Shown: positions 26,085-38,502 of the stretch, piece by piece
Layout: the number at the start of each line of letters is the position of its first letter
Numbering within the stretch: the first letter of the stretch is position 1
Source: Octopus sinensis
Taxonomy: Eukaryota
NCBI RefSeq assembly: GCF_006345805.1
Contig: NC_043017.1
Location: forward strand, 33,666,001-33,730,000
Reading direction: 5' to 3'
Length of the DNA: 64,000 nt
Position numbers and translations under genes: made by a program
The notes under the pieces: generated by a model
What the model saw: only the letters and a program-made list of their open reading frames with translations
What the model was told of the DNA's origin: nothing
Database searches by the model: none

Positions 26085-26650
26085 TACAAACCTACTTAAA
26101 CTGGAGACAGAAACACCATGAAGTAAGAGCCTACATAGACAGCAACAAACTTGCCACCGTCAGAAGAAACATTATGAAAAAAAATTACTGACTGAAGTAG
26201 ATATTGACCAAATTAAACAAGCAGTAAAGGATAAAAAGAACGAGGCTGTAGCTAAAGAAGATACTACAGAGGAAATAATTATAGACCAACCCAAGGCTGA
26301 TGAAAATGCAGTAATGATTGAAAGAGTTAATGTAATTGATAGGCAAAGTTAAATACTCTCTGAACCAACCAAAAATACTAAGACAGATGAAAATCAAATA
26401 TATTAAGAAAGTCACACAAATGTTGACCTAACAGAACTACATGATCTAAAAAATGATTGAATGGCTGAAAATTAGAGAAACCAGTATGGATGAACGCTAT
26501 ACTCTCCCAAAAATCTGCAATTCTAACCAAAACCTGAAAATAATTGGTAAAATCCGCCTTGCACTTAAGGATATAATTTTAGCTAATGATGTTGGTATTA
26601 CAGATCTCAACCACCTGTACTATGTATCCGCAAAAATCTCAACGATTCAC
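26085..26650 (+). pseudogene. Probable N-terminal ORF fragment of an R4/Dong-like element, interrupted on the right by the mariner
   Basis: Degenerate HHEVRAYIDSNKLATVRRNI, MDERYTLPK and ITDLNHLYYVSA segments, recalled as resembling the N-terminal region of this clade. Not searched. Confidence 0.45.
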
Positions 26651-26658
26651 TATATATA

Positions 26659-27926
26659 CGAGGGACGTTCAATAAGTAATGCCTCTGACCCACTTGCAGT
26701 TGTTTGATCTAGCTGAAATTTTGCATGTGCAATCATTTATATCTCTATAGAGTAAGTGGCAAATTACAGCTCTGAACTAATTGTGGTTTCTGATTTACAG
26801 GTGTTTGAACCGAGTCAAGTGTGAAATGGAGCCTGTTGAGTGTCGAGCAGTGATCCGGTTTTTGTATTTGAAAGGACGCACACCACGGGAGACTTTTGAT
26901 GAAATGAAAGTAACTTATGGTGATGATGCCCCATCATATGACCTTGTAAAATGCTGGCATCGTGAATTCAAACATGGTCGGAACTCTGTGGAAACAGCTC
27001 CCAGATCTGGTCGCCCCTTCTGCCATTGATGAGGCATCTGTCCGTCAAGTTGAGGCTGCCATTTTGGAAGATCGACGCATAATTATTCGCCAAATAGCCC
27101 ATGAGGTCAAGATTAGTACCGGGTCTGTGGAAACTATCATTCATGACCATTTGCATATGCAAAATGTGTCTGCCAGATGGATTCCCAGGTTGCTCACGCC
27201 TTTCCAGAAGCAAGAACGCGTCGAGTGCTCGAGGGTGAATTTGGAGATGTGCCAAGAAGATGAGTCAAAATTTTTCAAAAGACTGATTACACAGGATGAA
27301 ACCTGGGTCCATCACGATGATCCAGAGACCAAAGCCCAGTCAATGCAGTGGAAGCACCGTGACTCACCCCCTCCAAAGAAGGCAAGGGTGCAGCCCTCCG
27401 CTGGCAAGGTCATGCTCACAGTCTTCTGGGACCAGGACGGAGTAGTGATGATAGATTTCCTGGCAAAGGGTACCACAATTGCAGGAGCTTATTATGCTTC
27501 ACTTTTGAGGAAATTAAGAGAAATCAAGATCAGCAAAGGCATCCTCCTCCTGCAGGACAACACTCCGGTCCACAACTCGCTTGTCGCCAGATCATAAGCA
27601 CAGGCGTATGGCTATGAACTCCTCCCCCATCCCCCTACTTTCCTGACCTTGCACCCTCTGATTTTCACCTCTTCCCAGTCATGAAGTTGTTTTTGAAAGG
27701 AAAGCGTTTCCCAGATGATGCAGCCTTGATTTCTGAAGTCACGTTCAGGTTGGAGGACCAAGCTGGGGTCTTCTACAAAAACAGTCTCCAGAGCTGCATC
27801 AAACAATGGGAGAAATGCGTAACTCTGGGTGGTTCCTATGTAGAAAAAGACTAATAACTGTTCCAAGTTTCGTTGCTCTACTGCTATGGGAAGTGGGTCA
27901 GGGGCATTACTTATTGAACGCCCCTC

Positions 27927-27927
<1 letters not shown>
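26659..27927 (+). mobile_element. Near full-length mariner (Tc1/mariner, D,D34D-type) DNA transposon
   Basis: TIRs cgagggacgttcaataagtaatgcctctgaccc / gggtcaggggcattacttattgaacgcccctcg, with TA on both sides; ~1.27 kb. Confidence 0.95.
26826..27854 (+). pseudogene. Mariner transposase pseudogene (frameshifts, stop and small deletion)
   Basis: MEPVECRAVIRFL..APRSGRP; WIPRLL; TQDETW; LLQDN; HPPYFPDLAPSDFHLF; ends GGSYVEKD*. Confidence 0.92.
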
Positions 27928-28016
<89 letters not shown>

Positions 28017-28070
28017 ATATGGAGAGAGAGAGAGAGAGAGGGAGAGGGAGAGAGAGGGAAAGTTTACGAA

Positions 28071-28275
28071 AATAAACAAAAGACGAAGACAGATGGTGTA
28101 CAAAACAAACAGATGTATTAGTATAGCGCTCAGGAATAGAAAAAGTCTTTTACGTTTCGAGCCTACGCTCTTCGACAGAAAGGTACATAGAAAAAACAAG
28201 GAGAGAAACAAGGAGAGAAAAAAGAAGGAGAAAAAAAACAAGGAGAGAAAAAAATGTGTGTAGTGGCTAACAATC
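28071..28275 (-). mobile_element. Short repeat with an HHR-like motif (28147-28182), same family as 52057-52220
   Basis: Minus strand CTTT-CTGTCGA-A-GAGC-gtag-GCTC-GAAAC-GTA-AAAG; the flanks are colinear with 52057-52220. Confidence 0.7.
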
Positions 28276-28719
28276 TGGCACAAAAGTGGCTGTGTTGTAA
28301 AAAGCTTGCTGCCCAACCACATGGTTCCTGGTTCAGTTCTACTGCATGTCCCGTTGGGCAAGTATCTTCTATTATAGCCTCTCGTCAATTTCAGTCAAAT
28401 TTAATTAATGTATACTTAAACTGTCTTAATATTGCATAAATGATATTTTTATAAACAAAGCCGAAAGGCTTTGCGGGTTTGTTTATGAAAATATTATTTA
28501 TGTAGAATTAAGACAGTTTAAGTATATTTTAACTAAATTTGACTGAAATTGACGGGTGCGCGGTTGGCCAATCAGATTCGCAAGGAGCCATCAACGCATC
28601 GATATCATTTTTTCGTTCATTCAAAAAGTGTCTCTTTAAAATCGTAGTATAAATATCATTATGACATATATTATATGAATTTATGTATGTATGTATGTAT
28701 GTATGTATGTATGTATGGA

Positions 28720-28721
28720 TG

Positions 28722-28808
<87 letters not shown>

Positions 28809-28843
28809 CGATAGATAGATAGATAGATAGATAGGTAGATAGG

Positions 28844-28900
<57 letters not shown>

Positions 28901-28915
28901 TAGACAGACAGGTAG
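28720..28915. repeat. (GATA)n microsatellite
   Basis: Direct tandem repeat. Confidence 0.95.
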
Positions 28916-30174
28916 ACAGATGTAGATAGCCACGCATTTATACGTATATACACGTATTCAGTGTTTCCTTAAAGGCCTGGACTCCTCCAAGTATTGCGAT
29001 TGTAATTTTGAAGACGGAAGCGTATCGACCCTAGCAACCAAACTGTGTGTGGAATCGGTGATAGCTTTAACCTATCGGATGTTTAATTATTATTTAAGGA
29101 AAATGTCAGATCTATAGCATGTTGCAAGTAATCAAAGCGACTCTCTCTTCATTAGATATTTCCATCTTGAACTGCTGCAATTAATTCTGGCGCAGCAGAT
29201 AAGTTTTGGTTTCATACTTTCCCTCACATCAACAATTCCAATGGTGATTCCAGTGGAGTTCAGAGGAGCATCGATTATATCTCCACCCAAGCATAAGTAA
29301 ACTATACTGTTTTCATTCTCTAATTCACTAACGTAAGCATACACTATTTCACTCACAAATATGCTTTGTCCTTTATTTTCATTTTTCACACCTTATCCTT
29401 TAGATATTATTCAAATAAAAACAAAACATAAAAATAACAATCTGATACAATCTGATTCTATGAACAAGTTTACGATTTCGACCTTTATGACATCTATGTG
29501 TTTGATTCCTTGAGCAAGGTCATTTTACCCAAAATATTCGTTAGTCAAGAGAAATGTAAATAAATTAGTTTGTCCGATTTTGCAATTGTATATTTAGCTA
29601 GGCAGCGGACTATATATGCAGCATCACCTTTGCTCCAACATTTCATATAAAATTGCCAAATACGTACAACCTATTCATTGTGTATTTACATTGCTAAATA
29701 AATACGTTCAGTCTATCAAGACGTTCATTGTTTTCTTTACTTGTCTGTTTCTGATCAGTACTTTGCCATAAATATTATAGAATGACAGAAACTTAGCTCC
29801 CGATAAACTCTGGTCATTGTTTACTTTGCAAAAAAGAAGAAGTAGCAATAGAGAAAAAATAGTGAAGACGATGTTTCCATTACGAGATATATTTTATTCC
29901 ATGATTCAGTTAATAAGGTTAAAAAAGAAACATGGCATAAAATATGAGGATTTAGCAGTGCATGGAAGGAAACGAGCCTTGAAGAATTAACGATTATGGC
30001 TTACAAACAAACAGAAAAATGTATAGCAGAGAAAAACATACGCACACACATACACACGCCCGAACAAACACACAAACCTTCACGTATCTAAGCATTCGCA
30101 CACGTTTTTTTCATCACGTATTCCTTGCTTTATACACAAACATATATGTATGTATGTATGTATGTATATATGTA

Positions 30175-30218
<44 letters not shown>

Positions 30219-30887
30219 CGTGTGCGTGTGTGTGTGTGTGTGTGTGCGTGTGTGTGTGAACGTGCGTATACTTTCGTGCATACGTATGTATTCTACTGAA
30301 CCACAAACTATGTTAGAAAACATTATACAGAAATAGAAACACTTCTCATAAATCTGAAAGATCTCGCCTGCAAGGTAGAGAACTAACTTTAAATAACCAA
30401 TGTAATATATTAAGTTAAAAAAATGAACCCTCACGTGGTAAATTCCATGACTAAAGTTTAGCACAACTTCAGTATTTCTCCGTCGACCGACCAGGAATTT
30501 ACAAAAAAGAACATTACACTTCTTATTAAAAAGATAACACACTCAAAAATGTTAATGTTAAATCACACGACAATAGTAACCGAAATAGAAAATTATACAC
30601 GGCAACTAAACAATTCACAGTGGAGCACTTATTTATTTAAGCATATTCAGATAAGTATTAGTTAGGAAAATTTAACGCTAGACCAGTAATTTCGGAGGAA
30701 GAGAAGATGATTAAATCGATCTAGTCGGGCTCAACTGGTACTTATTTTATCGATTGCGGAAGCAGGAAAGGCAAATTCAACCGTGGCGGAATATGAACTC
30801 GGGACGTAAAGACCGATGAAATGCCGCTAACGGCATTCTAACGACTCTGCCAGCCACTTCATTGTTAAGTAAAAATTAACATAAATA

Positions 30888-31537
30888 TCAGGTCATCCCT
30901 TAAGTTCTGTGCGATTTTACCTTTTTAAAATAGAATTAAATTTAATAGTATTTTAGAATGTCTAATAGAATTTAAAATTATTTTTATGCATTTGTGTATA
31001 TTTACACTAATTAAATTTTATTTTACAGAATAATGGAATTAAAATATATTTGATTAAAACCCTTTCTAACAAGGAAGTATCCAAAGAGCATTTGAGGCAC
31101 ATAATGCTTTATGAGTACGAAAAAGGAAACTCTGCAGCCGAAGTGACTCGAAACATACACTCAGTTTATGGGAAAGAATGCTTGAATGAAGGAACTTGCA
31201 GAAGATGGTTTGCAAAATTCCTGAAGTGGAGATTTCAGCCTTGAAGATGAAGATTGAACAGGATGTCCAGTTGAGTTTGATATAAGTTCCTTGAAGCATT
31301 GCTTGAATAAAATCCTGCATTATCAGTTGAAGAATTGGCAATAAGGCTTAGTTCAAACCATACAACTGTTCATTGTCATCAACAACTTGGAAAATGGGTG
31401 CCTCATGAATTGTCTGAAAACAACCGCAAGTCCTGAGTTGACATCTGCTCTTCTCTCCATTCTCGCGAACTCCTTTCACCCTTTTTGGATAAACTTGTGA
31501 CTGGTAACGAAAAATTGATCTATCGAAATGTTAAATG
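30888..31537 (+). mobile_element. 3'-truncated, degraded mariner: left TIR plus N-terminal half of the transposase
   Basis: TA-tcaggtcatccc..aagttctgtgcgattt. Frames read HLRHIMLYEYEKGNSAAE..CRRWFAKF, GDFSLEDE, GKWVPHELSE and LVTGNEK. Confidence 0.85.
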
Positions 31538-32415
31538 GGTTCCACGGACTCCGCTCATTTTGCAGACCTAGTAAGCATTTTTTTCCATTCTCAAATGAGA
31601 ACTTCCATAGCCTCTCTGAGGATATATAGAGAGATGATGCTCTTCTCACATCTCCACTGATGTTTCGGTCATCCATTGCATGTATCTGGAATGTCCTCCA
31701 CAAGGTTTCTTAGTTATAGTCTCTTTATCTCATTCGATAATAGTTCTTAAAGTAGCTAACTTCCTAGATGAGCTGAGTTGCTAACTTCTATTACCCTTAC
31801 CATAAGACTAATGATTCATTACAATATATTGATGTTTTATCTAATCATCCTAAATTGGTTCTCAATAGCATAGATAAAGGTATTTCTATTAGGGTACCTA
31901 ATCTTTCGGCTAACGAGGTTATCTTTAAAAACCACACTCCGCACTATAAGCAGGTTCCCGAAACAGCGGTACACTTGATAGGAAAACATATATCCCTAAT
32001 ACTAGACCGAAAACGTATCTACAACATCTTTTCCTTGTAATTGTACAAACACCTCCAGAGGAACCCCTAACTCTCCACCTGCTAATAAACAGTCCAACCT
32101 TAATACAGAATAAACTCGGACCACCCCTAGACTAACGTAGCCAACATCAGCCTAAGACTCAAAGGAGAAGGAAGCAGGAGATCATTCGATTTGTATACCG
32201 AAGCGTTTTTCAAAATCCTAAATTCTAACTTTCCAATACACGATAAATATTGCTTTATTTTTAACAAATTTGGGTTCTATAATCGCCGCTTCTAATAGGC
32301 ACAAATTTGGCGGCCTCATTATGGGCCGTGGAAACCAGCCCAGCTGCCCATCCACCATTATGGTGTTGGTAGTATCACTGTATCTATGCAAAATTCTACC
32401 TGTTTGAACAATACC

Positions 32416-32634
32416 TATTTCTTTATTACCCACAAGGGGCTAAACATAGAGGGGACAAACAAGGACAGACATAGGTATTAAGTCGATTACATCGACCCCA
32501 GGGCGTTACTGGTACTTAATTTATCTACACCGAAAGGATGAAAGGTAAAGTCGACCTCGGCGGAATTTGAACTCAGAACGTAACAGCAGACAAAATACTG
32601 CTAAGCATTTCGCCCGGCGTGCTAACGGTTCTGC
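32416..32634 (-). mobile_element. SINE family B, 5'-truncated, 12 bp TSD
   Basis: TSD ttgaacaatacc at 32404-32415 and 32635-32646. Confidence 0.9.
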
Positions 32635-32849
32635 TTGAACAATACCGGCAATAGCACTAATACCCCAGGGGTTAGCGGCATCAGCACCTCTAACTACGCT
32701 GGTGCAAATAAGACGCATCTTCCAATTGAGTCTTATAGCAATAGAGATAATTGAAACTCACACTTATATTCAACTCACCATACTACCTGTACATTATCTA
32801 GCAATACCTCTAAGATGGCAGATACTAATACTTTAATCCTGATCTCCGA

Positions 32850-32930
32850 ATCAAGTCAGATGGTATCCAAGGCTTCTGGGTGAAAGGACTCATGGATATA
32901 CAAGGGAGACTGGCTTTTGTACCTGCTTTA
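32850..32930 (+). pseudogene. Small non-LTR reverse-transcriptase fragment (R4/Dong-like)
   Basis: DGIQGFWVKGLMDIQGRLA resembles the GPD..Q..WLK motif just upstream of the RT core. Confidence 0.4.
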
Positions 32931-33084
32931 ATGCATTTTTCATGTTATGGGTACAAGACTGGATAACTACATGACGAACAACCCTTATAATGTAAAACAT
33001 GTCCAGGAGTCCTCAGCTTGATATAGGAAATTGTTATTAGTAATAGTCGTGTAGTAGCAGCAGTTTCTGTGCTACCACAAGCAG

Positions 33085-33354
33085 CAGCAGCAGCAGAAGT
33101 AGTAGTAGTAGTAGTAGTAGTAAGTATAGTTAGTGGTGGTGGTGGTGGTGGTGGTGGTGGTGGTGGTGGTGGCGGCGGCGGCGGCGGCGGTGGCGGTGCG
33201 GTGGCGGTGGTGTGGTGGTGGTGGTGGTGGTAGTAGTCGTAGTTAGTAGTAGTAGTAGTAGTGGTGGTGGTGGTGGTGGTGGTGGTGGTGGCGGCGGCGG
33301 CGGCGGTGGCGGTGGCGGTGGTGGTGGTGGTGGTGGTGGTGGTGGTGGTGGTGT

Positions 33355-33412
<58 letters not shown>

Positions 33413-33415
33413 TAG
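33085..33415. repeat. Compound (AGT)n/(GGT)n/(GGC)n tract
   Basis: Direct tandem repeats. Confidence 0.95.
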
Positions 33416-34598
33416 TCTCATCTTTACATACGTCATTCAGATCAAAGGATATCAAATACGAATTATATTATTTTGCACATAAACTTCAGCATTAGATAGT
33501 TCTTAAAACTTATAATTGATAACAGAATTATTGATATTCGGGGAGATACAATGGTCAGACAAAAACCTTATTAGACGATATCGTCTCCAGACCAAATTGC
33601 TTTAGTACCTAATTATTAGAGACAAATTGTTTTACAGAAATTTACTTCAGTCAAATGCATCTACAAACCATTGAGATATTGTTTAGTGCAGTACACAGCA
33701 AAGTACATAATAACTATCAAGTATTTCTTTACTTTATAGTGCCGAGTTGAAATAATTCTTTGTGCTTAAAGAAGATAATGAGAGAATAATTCTGACTTAT
33801 CTTATTTTGAATCATTAGTTGAAGCAAAAGTCTTATGAAATTAGTATATATACTATTTGAAAATGAAATTGTATGTTGCAGTATACTGCACGCTTGCTTT
33901 TACTTCAAATTTATCAGACCTTACGGAGATTGGGTTGGGGAACGATATATAGAAATGTCTCGCAAACATTCACACATCTAAAATACTACTCGTTTGCAAA
34001 ACAAGCTTAATATATTTGCTTTGTGATTTTCACAGAAGAAACCATAAAAAATCTAAAGTAAATATCAATAATACGTACATTCACTGGACAAGAGTAATAG
34101 TCTTTATAAATGTTTTTGTACGAACTGTCAACCAACATTTGCCCAAACACACAATAAACCGGCTTCTACAAATTTTGGAAGATATGAAAATAAAATACTT
34201 ACAAACAAAAGCAGATCCTATATTGATATAAATGGCGCCTACTAACCCAAACTCAAGTCTCTGCGCACTGAAGCAAACTAGTGAAATAACAATTTAGAAA
34301 TATATTACCGAATTTAGTCCTCATTGGAACAAACACAAATCTATTTACGATTTCATCGTTTAAGTAGTTTCGTTATTGTTCAGAATTCTTCCCCTTCATT
34401 GAACATTTCAAAGATATCGTATCACTTGTTTCCCAATGTTGATATGGACGTTTATAATACTTCCAGATCATATAAAACTTGTGAGTCATTGGGTAACGGT
34501 ATATCATGTAATGGTATGATTAACAAATACCTGCGAGTTCTTTAAGACAATATTATATTTATTCACGGTTTGTTATCCAAATGCATTTACATTATATT

Positions 34599-34629
<31 letters not shown>

Positions 34630-34732
34630 ACACATATATACATACATACGTACATACATAGGTGCAGATATGCACACACGCATATGTTTGTGTGCGTGCC
34701 TATATATATATATATATGTATGTATGTATATT

Positions 34733-35100
34733 GTGGAGGCAGTGGTTAGGGCAGCGGACTCGTGGTCATAGGATCGCGGTTTCGATTCCCAGACGGAACG
34801 TTGTGAGTGTTTATTGAGCGAAAACACCTAAATGCTCCACGACGCTCCGGCAGGGGATGGTGGTGAACCCTACTGTACTCTTTCACCACAACTTTCTCTC
34901 ACTCTTACTTCTTGTTTCTGTTTTGCCTGTAATTCAAGGGGTCAGCCGTGTCTCGCTGAATGTCCCCTAGAACTACGTTAAGGGTACACATGTCTGTGGA
35001 GTTCTCAGCCACTTGCACGCTAATTTCACGAGCAGGCTGTTCCGTTGATCGGATCAACTGGAAGCCTCGTTGTCGTAAGCGACGGAGTACCAACAACAAC
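34733..35100 (+). mobile_element. SINE family C, long-tail variant
   Basis: Head gtggttagggcagcggactcg..cggtttcgattccc, central ccacaactttctctcactct, ends caacaacaac. Confidence 0.85.
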
Positions 35101-35108
35101 AATATATA

Positions 35109-35145
<37 letters not shown>

Positions 35146-35227
35146 GTGTGTGTGTGTGTGTCTGTGTGTGTGTGTGTGTCTGTGTTTATACACAGACACA
35201 CAAACATATATCGGCTGGAAGAATTTG

Positions 35228-35505
35228 AAAATAATTCACCATCACTTAAAGTGACCAAGGGTGCAATGGGCAACAGCATTGCTAGAAATAATAGTCAAAA
35301 CCTCTTTAGCCACAAAATGCCGCATGTTCTATTTGAACTGACAGAGGTAACAACAGCTCCCTACCGTAAGATTTATATTTACTGTCTTCTCTGTCAGGTC
35401 AAATAGAACATGCGATTTCTGTGGCTAAGGAGTCTTTGATTCCTATTTCTAGCAATACAGGTACCCTTTGCATCCTTGGTCACTTAGAGTAATGGTGAAT
35501 TATTT
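35228..35505. mobile_element. MITE-like fold-back with diverged ~118 bp arms
   Basis: 35228-35346 and 35389-35505 are imperfect reverse complements, e.g. gcatgttctatttgaactgacagag / ctctgtcaggtcaaatagaacatgc. Confidence 0.65.
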
Positions 35506-35617
35506 CCTCTTTTGATTTTCAATTTCTTCCAGTCGCCTTTATTATGTCTGTGTGTGTGTGTGTTTGTGTGTGTACATTCACACACCTACTTACACACATA
35601 CATACATATATATCTAT

Positions 35618-35885
35618 ATTGGGTTGTCGGAAAGTTCGTGCCGATTTATAGTCCATCAGTTTTATCAGACTGAAATGAAATTAGCGTACCTGTTGGGTAC
35701 CATGGTCATTCATTTGAAGTTTAGATTAAATCAAAAACACGATTTTCCCTCGCCAGCCCAAATTATGGGCACCCTAATCATTACATTTGTTAATAATTAG
35801 CGTAATTTCATATATCTCAGCAAAGGTCGACGGTTGAGAAAAATTAAGATCTTTTTCGGAATCAGCGCGAAAATTTGCATGATAA
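35618..35885 (+). mobile_element. Possible internally deleted mariner derivative
   Basis: TA-ttgggttgtcggaaagttcgtgccgattt is a mariner-type TIR. The right end matches only loosely. Confidence 0.35.
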
Positions 35886-37736
35886 AGGTTTTAAAAATTA
35901 GGATAAACAAAAGTTTTCCAGAATTTTATTACATAGTGTACTAATATGATAGATAAGCTGATCGAACAAACGGAATAGTCATCGACGAAACTGACGGATG
36001 ATCCATTTACTTTTAAGGCAAGTAATATTTGTATGAATACTATGGCAGACAAAGTGGGGGAAGTAATACTATCCACTTATATTTTTGTCTCTTTAACATG
36101 CTATAATTTGTTTTAGAGATAAAGTGTTCTGTAAATTTATATTTGATATAGTGTTCTGAAAATTTGTAAACTAACTCGATATTGTGAACATTGGAGTAAG
36201 GCTAACAGTCAGAAGATATAAAGTTTTCTACTTTATGTTTTTGCTTTAATGTGTATTCATTATATGAACACTGTAGACTCTAGATTCAAATTGGTTACAC
36301 AGTTGAAAGGCTATTCCCCAGTTTTACGCCATTACTTTCTTTTATGAATAAAATAATTTGCTCTTATTTATTTTCTATTATTCAATATACATTACAACGA
36401 CCTCTACTAGTAAAACATTTATATAATGCTTTCGAGTTTTATTTATCTTCCTTTTACGTCTGTTTTTTTCCAGTATGTGTGATATTATTGTTGACCTTAC
36501 TGACAACATAAGTAAATTTCTTTTTCCAAAATGTTAACATTCAAAATAACGTTCGTTTCAAGGTTAAAACTAATGATGGAAAATATTTTTTACGATTAAT
36601 CATCAAAAACAATCACTTTGTAAAATTAACATGGTTAAGATCGTTCAATTAAGTTGAAATAAGATTCTAAAAAAACAAATTTCACTGAAAATAAATTTTA
36701 TTAGATACTGAAAAGAAGAAATAAATTCATTGATATATATTTTTATGTATTTGTTAAACCTAATTTTGATATATATATATTTCTACTCATTTTGAATAAA
36801 GCTGTGGAATTGGACTACCACTTCGGAGTTATTTTTAGCATTACCTATTGCCTGTCTTTCCTTTTGATGTTGAAAATTATTTGACACTATGTGCGTCCAG
36901 TCTAAACTAAAATTCTAGCATGTTCGTATAGTTATTCTGTAAGAAAAATTTCCAACTTCAATGTATGAATATTGATTAGAAAAGATATATTGGTCTCTGA
37001 GAAAGTAACTTTAAAATAAAGATATGCCAACCATCAGTCTACATTCCGATATGTGGACAAGAAAAAACCACTATATCTGGTTTCTTAAGGTCAGCAATAT
37101 TCCACACTCTACCAAGTGATACATAATAGAATGTCCCCCGCCATACGTTAGTGGGACAAGGAGATGCAAGCTTCGAAAGAACTTCTCTACTGAATTATAG
37201 ATCCGAAATTTTCATTAAATGCAAGCATCTGTATCAGTTTCTAATATCGATCTGAAAACACTGCTCTATTTGGATTGATTATCCAGTTTTACAAGCTTTT
37301 ACCTCTCTCCACCGAATTAAACACATCGAGCGTTCTTATTTCCCATTTTAACAGCCCAAAGGGACACATCTGTTATATCACTTCCTAGCATGCCTCTGTA
37401 TGTATGCGATTGTATGTCTTTTGTATCTTTTATACCTTTCATACTACTTCTACCTGATTTATGGCCTAGCTGACTTCCTGCTATCACTGTGCTCGGCCTT
37501 CCTTCATATGATACTTTGTATACTATTTGATGTGGCAAGCGAGGTTCCTGATTATTTGCATAAGAGGTAAAATGTGCATGTATCGGGAGTTTCGACATAG
37601 ATTTTTGTCTTTCGGAACACGGATTAGTTGAAATGCCAGATTGCATTAAGTTTCTACTAGGTTTGTGTAAAATTTTCTTCACTTTAGCGAAATACATTGT
37701 CCTATAAAGGTGAGAATACCACACCCGTTTTCTGGG

Positions 37737-37810
<74 letters not shown>

Positions 37811-38299
37811 TATATTTATGTATGTATATATATATACATACATATATATATATTTATGTATGTATATATACATATATATATGTATATATATGCGTGTGTG
37901 TGTGTGCGTGTGTGTGTGTCGGTGTGTGTGTGTGTTCAGCGACAAATACTATTATCGGCAAGTCTGTAGCAAAATCCCTTGCAATAGTTGTCTTCTATTC
38001 CGTTTCAGATATTTATGTCACTCTGTTCGCTACAACTGATGTGAAACTGTTGGAAACCTATCTCTAGCGACGTTCGTCAATTGAACCAGCAAAATAATAA
38101 ATTAAACACTCTTTGGTTTCTTGACCAGCTAACTGTAGAATTATGGGAAAACATGAGAAAGCGATCGCAAGTATGACAATGGGAATGGTTTTCTGGATAT
38201 GTTGAAACTACATATAAAAGAATACAGTGGCTTTTATAAACTAAGGTATTTTAGCAAGCATGGCATGGGGGATGGTTAAATTAATATTTCTTTCTACGA

Positions 38300-38502
38300 T
38301 AGACGCAGGGCCTGAAATTTGGTGGGAGAGGGGTAGTCGATTACATCGACCCTAGTGCTCAACTGATACTTATTTTATCGACACTAAACTGATGAAAAGC
38401 AAAGTCAATCTCGGAGAAATTTGAACTCAGAACTTAAACACGGACGAAATGCCGTATAGCATTTTGCCCGGTGTGCAAACGATTCTGCCAGCTTATTGCC
38501 TA
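38300..38502 (-). mobile_element. SINE family B-related copy, degraded
   Basis: Central domain and tRNA-like head on the minus strand. Similar degraded copies lie at ~30690-30860, 40490-40672, 56050-56228 and 63165-63368. Confidence 0.75.

Noticed and set aside
37317-37739. 140 aa minus-strand ORF with faint GIY-YIG-like wording (HKPSRNL..VYKVSYEG)
   Set aside because: The YIG, R and H motifs are not recoverable by eye; too weak to call without a profile search.
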